Part shown: positions 37,686 to 51,142 of the stretch, one piece after another
How positions within the stretch are numbered: position 1 is the first letter of the stretch
How the letters are laid out: each line of letters begins with the position of its first letter
Source of the DNA: Octopus sinensis
Lineage: Eukaryota
Assembly: GCF_006345805.1 (NCBI RefSeq)
Contig: NW_021832580.1
Coordinates: 1-64,000 of the forward strand
Length of the DNA stretch: 64,000 nucleotides
Direction of reading: 5' to 3'
Translations under genes and position numbers: made by a program
Notes under the pieces: model-generated
Told to the model about the DNA's origin: nothing
What the model saw: only the letters and a program-made list of their open reading frames with translations
Database searches by the model: none

Positions 37686-37887
37686 ATGTATGTATGTGTG
37701 TGTATGTATGTATGTATGTATGTATGTGTGTGTATGTATGTATGTATGTATGTGTGTGTATATATGTATGTATGTGTGTGTATATATGTATGTATGTGTG
37801 TGTATATATGTATGTATGTGTGTGTATATATATGTATGTATGTGTTAATGTATGTTGTGTTGTGTTATATATGATGTATGTTGTGTA

Positions 37888-37931
<44 letters not shown>

Positions 37932-39803
37932 CATACATACATACATATATTTATAATGTGTGTGTGGATTTCCGGCAAAGTTTCTAAATAGCCGTCCCTC
38001 GAAGTCCCATACCTCATAGCAAACGAAAGGGCGGGAGGATTTCGAGAGACAGCTGTTCCCAAAACTCCACCGTTTTTTTTTTTTCTTTCCGTCGGTCTCG
38101 AAACCATTGCTTTATAAACCACCGACCGAATTCCTTCCTTACTCGTCGAATTAACGCATTAAACTGCCGATTATTCCACCACATATTCTGACAGACACGC
38201 GTACCCTTAACGCAATTACCAAGCAGTATCAGCGTGACACAGCGTATGTGTGTGTGTGTCTGTGTGTGACACGGTTGTGGGGGGGGGGTTGCAACCGAGT
38301 TACAGGTACAACACCCATACACACACTCACTCAAAAGAATCGATTCCAGTTATGCACTGGTACACTTTATCGACCCCCCACCGAAAAGGTTGAGAGATGT
38401 AAAGACGGCAAAATGGCAAAATCGTTAGAATGTTGAAGAGAATGCGTTGCGCTATTTCATTCCGGCACTTTTGTTGCCCTCACTTCAAAATACTCCTCCG
38501 AGGTCAACTTTGCTTTTTTCCTCTATATCTTAAGAGATCTTGTCAGGCACACTTTGAGCGCACACACTCACACACACACTTGTTTGCTTATATATAAGAA
38601 TGCCACAAAATGTAAACATTGACATACCTACAAATAAATACATGCTCAATAAATGATATAAATACGTATATATATATATCTCTATATATTCCATATATAC
38701 CCTGAGTGTTTACAACTCTCTCTCTCCCTTTCTCTCTCTCCACACACACAACACTTCAATGGTCTCTGTTCATCATTATATATATGTATATATATATATA
38801 GATATATATACAATCAATCGCTCCTGTTTTTCACGGCGAACGGGTTAAGAAGCGCAACTGTGAAATAGTAATGATTTAATAATAATTTCTTTCATTTATT
38901 TAGCCACGGAAATTTACATTCAGTTTTCATTAACCGCCTATTATTTAATTTATACAGCGCTTTAAAACTAGTGGGAGGCGTCGACGAAACAGGACAAATT
39001 TATTTTAAAACGAAGGAGATATATCTAGAAGGAGGACACTGTAACATTCGCCTTTAAAAAAAAAATGAGGACATAAAATAATAAATATATAAGATTAAAG
39101 AAAGACAACACAGTAATAGATTCAAACAAGATAATAATAATAATAATAATAATAATAATCACAAAGTTTATTCTTCATTATTAAGCCTACATAATTATTA
39201 CAACATCTGTGTCCTTGATTATGATATTAAAATATTATTTAATAATAATAATGATAATAATGATAGTAATTAATTAGTTTATTGGCCACAAGGGCTGGCT
39301 GGCGAAAATTAATTAAAACATAATGTACCGTCGTTCCGTCAAATTGGCAAGTGCGCTAGAACGGCTCACCCCACACACCGCCGCCTGGCCAAGGTACTTG
39401 CGCACTTGTTTCTCTCTCTCTCTCTCTCTCTCTATACCAACTTCAATTATTATGGAGACTCTGAGTGCTACAGTGTGTTCTAGTACACAAGTAGCAGACC
39501 AGTCACTACTTTTAATCGGCGCTGTTTCAGTTGTTGTTGGGGAGTAAAAAATTTTAAAAAAATTTTAAAAAATAATTCAACTTTAAACTCGGGAATCGTC
39601 AACTGTCACATAAGATATAGCACGCGCGTGTACACACTCGCATACACACACACATTTGTAAATTTAATGCACAGCAAACGAATTTATCTAATCCAGTGAT
39701 ACTATAAATATATATATATATATATTATGGTATTCTCTCCACACCAGGTCCCGTTTCAGGATTATCCATAGACGGGGCCTAGAGTAACGGATAGCGCGCT
39801 GCG

Positions 39804-39860
<57 letters not shown>

Positions 39861-41157
39861 GTATGTATATATTTCAAATTCCGCCGAGGTCGACTTTGCC
39901 TTTCATCCTTTCGGGGTCGATAAATTAAGTACCAGTTACGCACTAGGGGGTCGATGTAATCGACTTAATCCGTTTGTCTGTCCTTGTTTGTCCCCTCCTG
40001 TGTTTAGCCCCTTGTGGGCAGTAAAGCAATATATATATATCATAAGAGATGTGTATGTGTATAAAAATATATGTGTTAAGGCGTACACAGCATCCATAAC
40101 CTGAAGGCGCTTAACGTATTATTTACGGTACATGTTCAAATAAAAACGATTTAGTATTTGCGATAAATCGATGGGGCTTTCTCCCCCCTCTCTCACAAGT
40201 GTTAAGTTATGTGTAACCATTTCGCAACCGTGTGCGTCTCAAACGGCTCCCGTTGATGGCTTTTTTTTTGTATGTAAGGCAAAACTTAGTATAAATTAAA
40301 GCAAATTTTACTCCGGTTTTGGTAATATTCATTTGCGAAATATTTTCAAATGTGTTCCTACGAAATAAATACACGCACAAACACACACACACATATATAT
40401 GTTATACACACATACACACACACCAGGGCAGGAGAGATGGATGTCGTAACCCTATGTGTCCCTTAATAATTTGTACGCGTGACAGAAAGTAAAGGAGAGA
40501 GGGTTTTAAAGGCCTTGAACCTTCCTATATATTTGTATAGTTTGAGGAATGAAAGCAAAGTGAAAAATTATACGAAAGCCCGTTTTACTTACTATAATCT
40601 AATCGCAAAACACACACACATACACATCTCTCAACGAAGGGTACTCTACGTGGTTGCTCGGGCCGCTAGAAATAGAAACGAAACAGAACAGCTCACAAAT
40701 CATGTTTTATTTTCTTATAACATCGAAGAACAAATTGGATATTACAAGTCCTAGATACACAAACACCGTGATAGCTGAATTATGCTTCCATTTAAAAAAA
40801 AAAAAGATTTGAATACCAGATTTGGTGGAGAGAAAAAAACTGGAACGCCTTGGGTTATATATCTGCTCAGTCAGGGATGACATGGGCTAAACAACACACA
40901 GACATACACGAGGTATTTCATAATGACAAGTCCGGTGGCCTTCGGTTTATATGCATTACACACGCTTTCCTTAATAAATGCGCTTCTTCCAGTCCAGGTC
41001 ACTTGCGGCGCGCGTGTTTATATATATATATATATATGTAAATTTAAACTAATAAGGGTTGAAATTTGAATATTAATTCGATTAATATCAATTTAAAGCC
41101 AGTGGTCGAGCATATAGAAATATCTGAAGATTCAGAAAAATTATATTAATTACAGAT

Positions 41158-41240
41158 AAGAGGGATGACCACTAAGTGGACGTCCATTATGCTAGAAGTC
41201 GACCCCCTTAATAGATGTCCACTTAGTGGTCATGCCTCTT
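41158..41240. repeat. Hairpin with 27-bp arms and 29-nt loop
   Basis: AAGAGGGATGACCACTAAGTGGACGTC / GATGTCCACTTAGTGGTCATGCCTCTT, 2 mismatches. Confidence 0.85.
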
Positions 41241-41334
41241 TATATATATATATTATATAATATTATATATATATATATATTATTATGATTTATATGTGAG
41301 TGAATTTGGTAGGCGGAAACTAAAGTAGCCCGTT

Positions 41335-41395
<61 letters not shown>

Positions 41396-41575
41396 TATAT
41401 ATATATGTTGTGTTGTGTGTGTGTGTATTTATGTGTGTATGTCTTTGTGTCTGTGTTTGTACTCCCCACCATCGCTTGACAAACGATGTTGGTGTGTTTA
41501 TGTCTCCGAAACTTAGCGGTTCGGCAAAAGAACAGATAGAATAAGTAAGTACTAGGCTTACAGCGAATATATATA

Positions 41576-41621
<46 letters not shown>

Positions 41622-41777
41622 AGAGAGAGAGAAGACGGGAGGAAGACCATAGAAAGTCGGGATGTATGAGAGGTGAATATATTTATTTAAGCACTTGGCA
41701 ACGAAAAGATTGGGTCCACTAGAAGAGCTTTCCTCTGACTCCCACAAGATTCCATAAATCCATATATCGCAGAACAA

Positions 41778-41823
<46 letters not shown>

Positions 41824-42472
41824 TCATAAATACTTGACATGCTATGGGTACACAAAAGCGATCTTGATAAGCTGGCCTGACTAGTCAAGCGGGGCCCCTG
41901 GTATATAAATGCATTGTCAAAATTTTACAATATTGCTGTATCACAAAACTCCACCGAACACACGTGAGGCTGTTTTCGTTGATACGTATTATAAGATTAG
42001 TCACTATTGTACCTGTACAACAATAAAAATTGTGGTGTCTACCATTCGATGATTTCATATCTTTTCAAACGGTTAATGCCACCCGTCCTGCTAAGGTCAC
42101 CGTTGACATCTTTTTCTAAACTCTGCTGTCAACACGTATCGGTTTCTGTATATGGACCAAAGTGCACTCTCAACATTTAGAGTATGGTTCTATCTGCGCG
42201 GAAATCAAACTCACTTATAAGTGCGTGTGTGTGTGTGCGTACATGTGTATAGGTGTGTGTATTCGATATAAGTGTACATGTTCATATGTTATACATACAT
42301 ACATATATGTGTGTGTGTATGTGTGCATATATATATGTGTGTATTTATTATATTATTATATGTGTATATATATATATATGTGTGTGTATGTGTATATATA
42401 TATATATGTGTGTGTATATATATACATAATATGTGTGGATATATATGTGTTATATATATATATATATGTGTG

Positions 42473-42505
<33 letters not shown>

Positions 42506-43351
42506 ATATATATTTATGTATATATATAGTGTGTGTATATGTATATATATGTGTGTGTGTATATGTATATATGTGTGTGTATATATATATGTGTGTGTGT
42601 ATATGTATATATATGTATGTGTGTGTATATGTATATATATGTATATATTATATATATATATATAAATGTATGCATGCGTATATACATATGTATACATGCA
42701 TGTGTGTGTGTGCATGTATGGCTGTGTGGTAAGTAGTGTGCTTACCAACAGCATAGTTCCGGGTTCAGTCCCACTGCGTGGCACCTTGGGTAAGTGTCTT
42801 CTACTATAACCCCGGGCCGACCAAAGCCTTGTGAGTGGATTTAGTACAGGGAAATATAATATGTATGCATGTATATGTTTGTCCACCAACACAACCACCG
42901 CCATTGTTTGACAACCGATGTTGGTGTGTTTACGTCCCCGTAACTTAGCGGTTCGGCATAAGACACCAATAGAATAAGTACTAGGCTTACAAAGAATAAG
43001 TCCTGGGATCGATTTGTTCAACTAAAGGCGGTGCCCCAGCATGGCCGCACTCAAATGACTGAAACAAATTAAAGAATATATATATATATATATATATAAT
43101 ATATATGTATACGTGTGTATATACATCATCATCGTTTAACGTCCGCTTTCCATGCTAGCATGGGTTGGATGATTTTGACTGAGGGCTGGCGAACCAGATG
43201 GCTGCACCAGGCTCCTATCTTGATCTGGCAGAGTTTCTACAGCTGGATGCCCTTCCCAGCGCCAACCACTCCGAGAGTGGAGTGGGTGCTTTTACGTGCC
43301 ACCGGCACAGGGGCCAGTCAGGTGTCACTGGCAACGACCTTCCTCGAATCT

Positions 43352-43382
<31 letters not shown>

Positions 43383-43499
43383 GTACACACACACAAATAT
43401 ATACATATATATATGTATATACATTTTAAAAAATTTTTATCTTTATATTTTATCTAGTTTCAGCTCACGAGCTGTGGCCATGCTGGAGCACCCAGATAT

Positions 43500-44469
43500 A
43501 TGTATATACATAAATATGTATATACATATATATGTATATATATATATATATGTGTATATACATATATATGTGTATATACATATATATGTGTATATACATA
43601 TATATGTGTATATATATATATATAGTTATATATGTGTGTATATATATATCATTATGTCTGTATATATATATGTATATATATATGTGTGTATATATATAAA
43701 TGTATATATATATATATGTGTGTATATATATAAATGTATATATATAATAATGTATATATATATATGTATATATATATATGTATATATATATATATAGTTA
43801 TATATGTGTGTATATAGATATCATTATATGTGTGTATATATATATCATTATATGTGTGTATATATATAATGTATATATATATATAATGTGTGTATATATA
43901 ATGAATATATATATAATATGTATATATATATGTATATATATGTGTGTGTATATTATATGTTATATATATATATTGGTAATATATATGTGTATATATATAT
44001 GTGTATATATATATGTATATAATATATATGTATATATTATATGTATATATATGTGTGTATGATACATGTATATATATGTGTGTATATATATATGTATATA
44101 TATATATGTATATATATATATGTATATATATGTGTGTATATATACATGTATATATATGTGTGTATATATATATGTTATATATATATGTATATATATATAT
44201 TTGTTATTTATATATTGGTGTATATATATATGTATATATATGTGTTATATATGTGTGTATATATATATATATATGTATATATATATGTGTATTTATATGT
44301 GTATATATATATATATGTGTATATATATGTGTGTATATATGTGTGTATATATATATATATGTATATATATATGTGTATTTATATATGTGTATATATATAT
44401 ATATTGGTATATATATGTGTATTTATATATGTGTATATATATATATATGTGTATATATATATGTATATA

Positions 44470-44500
<31 letters not shown>

Positions 44501-44681
44501 GTATATACATGTATATGTGTGTATATATATATATATATGTATATACATGTATATGTGTATATATATATTTATATGTATATACATGTATATGTGTATATAT
44601 ATGTATATACATGTATATGTGTATATATATGTATATGTGTATATATATATCTATATATATGTGTGTATATGTATACATGTG

Positions 44682-44712
<31 letters not shown>

Positions 44713-44769
44713 GTATGTATTAACATATACATGTGTATATATATATGTATATACATACACATTTGTATG

Positions 44770-44801
<32 letters not shown>

Positions 44802-44830
44802 ATATATGTGTGTGTGTATGTATGTATGTA
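43500..44830. repeat. About 1.3-kb degenerate (TA)/(TG) microsatellite
   Basis: Almost only alternating T-A/T-G; source of the spurious YI/VC-rich ORFs. Confidence 0.95.
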
Positions 44831-46671
44831 TGTATTTTGTATGTATGTATGTGCATTTGATAGGTCTGCCGGCAGCCTTATCTTAGTCAAATATATAAAT
44901 GTTATATTTTGCTGAAAAGTAATGTCAATCTCCAGTCTAATGTTCAACTGTTTTTTCTGTTTACTTTAATTAAAAACAACCTTTAAAAAAATATTAAATA
45001 TACATACACACGTACTTGCGTACCTAAGTGCGAGTGTATATTGTGTTTATGTACTTCTCGTCGACAGTGAATAGTTGCCAAAAATATAAAAGAAAAAAAA
45101 AACATCTCCAAATATCCGTTAATACCTGAAAATTGCGATTATATATAATTTGGTGGCGAGAATTATATGACTACGATGATGATGATGATAGTAATATTAA
45201 ATAACCGTTCGTTTTTAATTGGTATAGGGACGTCGAATGAAAGGTTTATTACGAAAAGCAGGTTACATAAAACGTTGCGTTGGTTTGGGGCGGGGATTAG
45301 AGAGATCGAACGAAAGAAGAAATCAATCGAATTAAAAGAAAATACTGAGGTCGATTGTGAAAACAATATTTGTGTTAAATTGCTGTTTTCGTAAACCTTT
45401 TTTGTTGTTTTTTTTTTTTTAAATTTGTTTTCGCATTGTTTGTCGAAAACGAAAATATCGCCAATAGGGACCCCTTCTACCTGATCGCTCCGCGTCTGAA
45501 ATAGCAGCTAAGTCTTTCGTAGATCATACACCTTCGAAAGAATGAAATAAGTGTTTGTTCATCGTGTGACCCTTAAAAAAATATATAGGACAGGTCATGA
45601 GTGAATTATATCTCTGATCGTAGCTCTCGGCTCGATCGGGGTTGACCTGGATGTAAACAGCAACAGCGAATACGGGTTTTTGGTGATTTGTTAAAGAGAG
45701 AAAATGATGCGATACGAATGCTGTGTGTGTGTGTGTGTGTGTGAAGACTATGGCAGAAGACCAATTTACGTAAAGAGGAGGAGAAGAAGAAGAAGTGGAA
45801 AGAGAGTGTATCGATTGGAAAATATCATTATAGTTGAGTGAACGACCTGATAGCAGGATGGAGGTGTGGGGGAAACGAACAGCGGAGGTTGCGGCCGAGT
45901 TTTTGAGAAGATGGAGGTCAGGTGGGTGATCGTCAATCAAAATAGAGTACCAGTCAAGTACTGGGATCGATTTAATCGATTAACCTCATTCCCTTTCAAA
46001 ATCGTTCGCCTCTTGCCTAAATTACAAGCCTGGCCTTGTAGGAGAAGAAAGGGCTATGTCCATGCATGTATTCTGAAGGTATGGCTGCACAGGGTCAGTT
46101 GCCCGGGGGCCGCACACCGATTTAGGGACCCACTTCTGATCTATGTTTATTGTGGCTTGCAGTCAAAAAAAAAAAAAATGCCATAGGACCCAATGCATTG
46201 ATGTTTGCTAAAGGGTGTCATGGGTTGAGGGGCACAATTCCGATCTATCTATGCTGTTTCTTACCGTCAATAAAGAAATACTATAGGGCCCAAGTGTGTT
46301 GGTTAGTCCAAAGACCTCATGAGTTAAGGGCCCCAATTCTGATCTATGTATGCTATGACTTGCTGTCATAGGACAAATACTACAGAACCCTGTAGGTTTG
46401 TCCTAGGGGCCTATAATGCTACTAAGACTGCCCTAAGGTCCAAGAACCTTTTTTTTTGAGTTTCCAGCATTAGGGACCTGATCTGAGTGCCTGGAGCAGC
46501 ATAACCTGTTAAAGGTGCTAATGAGGCCAACCTGTTAAAGGGGATAGTGTTCATAACCCGGGCTATGACAGGTTAAGTACACTGAGCTGACTTCTGTTGT
46601 TGTTCAAAGTATGAACTTCACATTTTCCGCTCTCCCTCTCACCTTATGTGTTTGTAGCCCTCACCTGCCTA

Positions 46672-47255
46672 CATCATCACCATCATTTAACGTCCGTTTT
46701 CCATGCTAGCATGGGTTGGACGGTTCGACCGGGGTCTGGTAAGCCATGGAGGCTGCCCCAGGTTCCAGTCTGGTCTGGCAGTGTTTCTACAGCTGGATGC
46801 CCTTTCTAACGCCAACCACTCCGTGAGTGTAGTGGGTGTTTTTTTTTTTTTACGTGCCACCGGCACAGGGGCCAGAACAGCCTGGTAAACGGCCACAATC
46901 GGTTGGTGCTTTTACGTGCCACCGACACGGATGCCAGTCAGGCAGCGCTGGCGTCTGCCACGTTCGGATGGTGCTTTTTACGTGTCACCGGCACAAGAGC
47001 CAGAGCAGGCTGGCAAGGGGCCACGATCGGTTGGTGCTTTTACATGTTACCGACACGGATGCCAGTCAGGCGGCGCAGGCATCTGCCACGTTCGGATGGT
47101 GCTTTTTACGTGTCACCGGCACAGGGGCCAGAGCAGCCTTGCAAGGGGCCACGATCGGTTGGTGCTTTTACGTTCCACCGACACGGACGCCAGTCAGGTG
47201 GCGCGGGCGTCTGCCACATACGGACGGTGCTTTTTACGTGTCACCGGCACGGAGG
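46672..47255 (-). mobile_element. Retroposon family C with internal higher-order tandem repeats
   Basis: (CAT)n tail, CTGGATGCCCTTTCTAACGCCAACC core, then alternating ~62/~65-bp units sharing GGTGCTTTTACGTGYCACCGRCAC. Confidence 0.8.
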
Positions 47256-48504
47256 TGTCTTAACTACAATTTCCATTTGATTCGATTATTTTCAAGTACC
47301 ATGACTGTATGATTAAGAAGTTTGCTTCTGATCCACATGATTTCAGGTTCAATCCCTACCTTGGGCAAGTGTCATCTACTGTTGTGCTGAACTGCTGAAT
47401 TTGGTATTCAGAAACTGAAAGAAGTGCATTGTGTGTGTGTGTGTGTGTGATTGTGTATGTGTATGTACTCTTACTCTTTACTTGTTTCTGTCATTTGGCT
47501 GCGGCCATGCTGGAGCACCGCCTTTAGTCAAGCAAATCGACCCCGGGACTTATTCTTTGTAAGCCCAGTACTTATTCTATCGGTCTCTTTTGCCGAACCG
47601 CTAAGTGACGGGGATGTAAACACACCAGCATCGGTTGTCAAGCAATGCTAGGGGGACAAACACACAAACATACACACAAATACATATATATATATATATA
47701 CATATATACGACAGGCTTCTTTCAGTTTCCGTCTACCAAATCCACTCACAAGGCTTTTGGTTGGCCCGAGGCTATAGCAGAAGACACTTGCCCAAGATGC
47801 CACACAGTGGGACTGAACCCTGAACCATGTGGTTGGTAAGCAAACTACTTACCACGCAGCCACTCCTGCGCCTGTATGTGTATGTGTGAGTATCTGTGCA
47901 TATGTAATGTGTTTCTTTTCTTGACACTGCATGTTTATTGCAAACAAATGTAAACTACATTATTTACATTCGACGGATATTTGTCCTCATCTTGTTTGTT
48001 GTTAACACAGTGTTTCAGCTGATATACCCTCCAAGCTTTCTTCGGGTGACTTGGGGGAAATTTCGAACCTAGGTTCTCATTCCTAAGGTATTTTTCAATA
48101 CTCTTTTACTCTTTTACTTGTTTCAGTCATTTGACTGTGGCCATGCTGGACCACCGCCTTTAATCGAGCAACTCGACCCCAGGACTTATTCTTTCGTAAG
48201 CCCAGTATTTTTTCTATCGGTCTCTTTTTGCCGAACCGCTAAGTAACGGGGACATAAACACACCAGCATCGGTTGTCAAGCAATGCTAGGGGGACAAACA
48301 CACACACACAAACACACACACGCATATATATATATATACATATATATACGACGGGCTTCTTTCAGTTTCCGTCTACCAAATCCACTCACAAGGCATTGGT
48401 CGGCCCGGGGCTATAGCAGAAGACACTTGGCCAAGATGCCACATAGTGGGACTGAACCCAGAACCATGTGGCTGGTTAACAAGCTACTTACCACACAGCC
48501 ACTC

Positions 48505-48915
48505 AATGTTGTTAACTTTTTCAAGTTCCACTTGAAAAGGAAGATGAGAGTAGAGAGGGAAGTGCTGTCTCGTAGTAAATTTATTGAAAGGTGGGTGAAT
48601 GTCGGAAGAATGGCCAGTATGAAGGGACCAATTCTGAGGATACACCTGTGACAAAAAAGGTAAATATAAAAGGAGAGAAGGGCTCTCTACCCCCTTTTTG
48701 ACCAGGCTCCCGTGGCTTTTATGGGTTTTTCCACGAGTAATCTTTCGAAGTGCCTCCCCCTATTGGGAGTTTTTACTTGATATATTTTCGTTGTTATCTT
48801 GCATTTTTACACGGACTTTTCAAACGGACAAAACCCTTTTTGTAACTTTCGTCCAGTATTTTGTCCTTACATGTTTTATTTGATTTTTGTTAGCCCTTGT
48901 GGCCAATAAACGAAT
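48505..48915 (+). mobile_element. Tx1/L1-like LINE 3' end
   Basis: NVVNFFKFHLKRKMRVEREVLSRSKFIERWVNV...IHL*, then UTR ending CCCTTGTGGCCAATAAA and (TTA)n; related tail at about 39280 (-). Confidence 0.6.
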
Positions 48916-49009
48916 TAATTATTATTATTATTATTATTATTATTGTTCAGGTCAGTACCTGGAATCGAACTCGGAATTTTAGGGTTAGTAGCCATATGCC
49001 CATGGGCAA

Positions 49010-49995
49010 TTATGGAGTGAATTTTAGGGCTTATAAATCTAATATTTTCCTATCCTTCCTTAACACTGGTTCCCATATGCTACTCATATCTGCACTCGGT
49101 CTGCTTAGAAGGTTGTTTTGTCCTAGCATATGTGCTGCTTCTTTTAGTTTTCGTATTTTCCAGTGGTGTTCTCTGTCTATTATTTTAACTTCATCCCATA
49201 GGGGGAGGTGGTCTCCATTTTTCTATACATGATCAGCTGTACCCGATTTATCAATATCTCCTCATGTCACAGCTTTACGATGTTCCTCTACCCTTATTTT
49301 GAGGGGGGCAGCATGTTTCACCTTTGTATAACCTACCACAGCTGCATGGGATGGAGCACACGCAGTCTTTGGTCATATTCTCTTCTATTGGCGGAAATAT
49401 CTGCAAAGTGTTGTATTACTCTTTAAAATGAGGCCATGCTGGGGCACATCCTTGAAGAATGTTTAGTCAAATGAATTGACCCCCATTAATTTCTGTTTTT
49501 TAAGCCTGATATTTATTTTATCGATATCTCTTGCTGAACTGCTAAGTTATGGGAACACAAGCACACCAACACCAGTTGTCAAGCAGTGGTCAAGATACAA
49601 ACACAGACACAAAGACTCAAACTCAGATATATGTATGTGGCAATTATTCGGTAGCCATGATAATATTCTGAGTTTCGGATGTCAGGACGGAAACCCATGC
49701 TGCCATCTCTTCAGTTATTGGGCCATTGAAAAATTTTTCCGATGGCCTGATAACTGAAGAGATGGTGGCGTGGGTTTCCGTCCTGACATCCAAAACTCGG
49801 AGATTTATCATGGCTACATGTCATATGGGCCGCGTATCTTTTGTATCTTTTCGGAGAGGCCTTTCACATAGAGTAGACAGACTGTGGACAGTTTACTGAC
49901 CTCATTCTCTCTCTTCTTCATAATTGGGGTGGATAGTATACTTTTGGGGTAGTTGTTGTTTAACAGATCGTTATTGAGCTTGATCATTTCTTTGT
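49010..49995 (-). mobile_element. Penelope-like element ORF remnant (linker + GIY-YIG endonuclease), interrupted at about 49431-49817
   Basis: KLNNDLLNNNYPKSIL...LLYVKGLSEKIQKI, resuming KSNTTL and CVCSIPCSCGRLYKGET..LKIRVEEH...WDEVKIIDREHHWKIRKLKEAAHM (two in-frame stops). Confidence 0.85.
49651..49817. ncRNA. 167-bp palindrome of two back-to-back decayed hammerhead motifs
   Basis: Centre GAAAAA|TTTTTC at 49733/49734; each arm reads approximately gauaa CUGAAGA gaug-N22-cauc c GAAA cuc(g/a)gag UU uuauc, with point mutations. Confidence 0.6.
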
Positions 49996-50149
49996 GGTGA
50001 ATCGCTAGAGCATCAAGCAAAAATGCCTTGAAATATTTGTTCTGCCTTTTTACAGATCTAGATCCCTTTTGGGACAGGTTACTTCAGTTTATATCCCTAT
50101 TTTCCATCATTCTGCATAAACTCCTACCTCTTTTGTAATCAAAATCAAA

Positions 50150-50830
50150 TTCGATGACTGGCGTCCGTGCTAGCGGAGTGCAAAGAGCACCATACGAGTG
50201 TGATCATTGACAGAGTGGCTAACCGGCTTCCGTGCCAGTGGCACTTAAAAGGCACCCTTCAAGCGTGATCGTTACCAGCGTCGCCTTACTGGCACTCGAG
50301 CCCCGTGCTAGTAGTGTATTAAGAGCACCATCCGAACGTGATCGTTGCCAGAGCGGCTATCTGGCCTCCGTGTCGGTGGCACGTAAAAGACGCCTTTCGA
50401 GCGTGATCGTTACCAGCATCACCTTACTGGCACCTGTGCCAGTGGCATGTGTAAAAGATTCGAGTGAGGTCATTGCCAGTACCGCCTGACTGGCCCTTGT
50501 GCCGTGGCACGTAAAAGGGCACCATTCCAGCGTGATCGTTACCAACGTCGCTTCACTGGCACCTGTGCCGGTGGCATGTGTAAAAAGATTTGAGCAAGGT
50601 CGTTGCCAGTGCCATCTGACTGGCCCCTCTGCCGGTGGCACGTAAAAAGCATCCACTACATTCTCGGAGTGGTTGGCGTTAGGAAGGGCATCCAGCTGTA
50701 GAAACTCTGCCAGATCAAGATTGAAGCCTGGTGCAGCCATCTGGTTCACCAGCCCTCAGTCAAATCGTCCAACCCATGCTAGAATGGAAAGCGGACGTTA
50801 AACGATGATGATGATGATGATGATGATGAA
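50150..50830 (+). mobile_element. Retroposon family C with internal tandem units
   Basis: About 8 diverged ~60-bp units, GGTTGGCGTTAGGAAGGGCATCCAGCTGTAG core, (GAT)n tail; shorter copies near 43125, 53285 and 54047. Confidence 0.8.
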
Positions 50831-51142
50831 TGACCCCTTGTCTATTTGTGGATTAGTAAAATGTTTATAACTTCAGACAAAAAACCTTCCAGTATTTGTT
50901 TTAGCTCTTTACTGTTTGAGTTCTAGTTTCATCAAGACCCCTTTTTATCTTTCATCCTTTCAGGAGTGAATAAAATAGAAAGTACTAATAAAAATAAAGT
51001 ACCAGTCAAGTACTGTAGTTGATGTAATCTATTAATCACTCCCATCTGACCTTGTACTTAAATTAGAAACAATATTGTTATTATTAACTAGCTGGCCTCA
51101 TGCCATCAAAAGTGACAGCTAATTGTAGTATTTTATATATAA

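Noticed and set aside
46050-46435. Old hAT-like MITE with about 100-bp internal repeats
   Set aside because: TIR and TSD too decayed to define; only three AATTCTGATCTAT-like echoes are visible.
46840-47255. CRISPR array
   Set aside because: Eukaryotic context, spacers recur in AB order, no cas genes, and the array is part of an interspersed retroposon.
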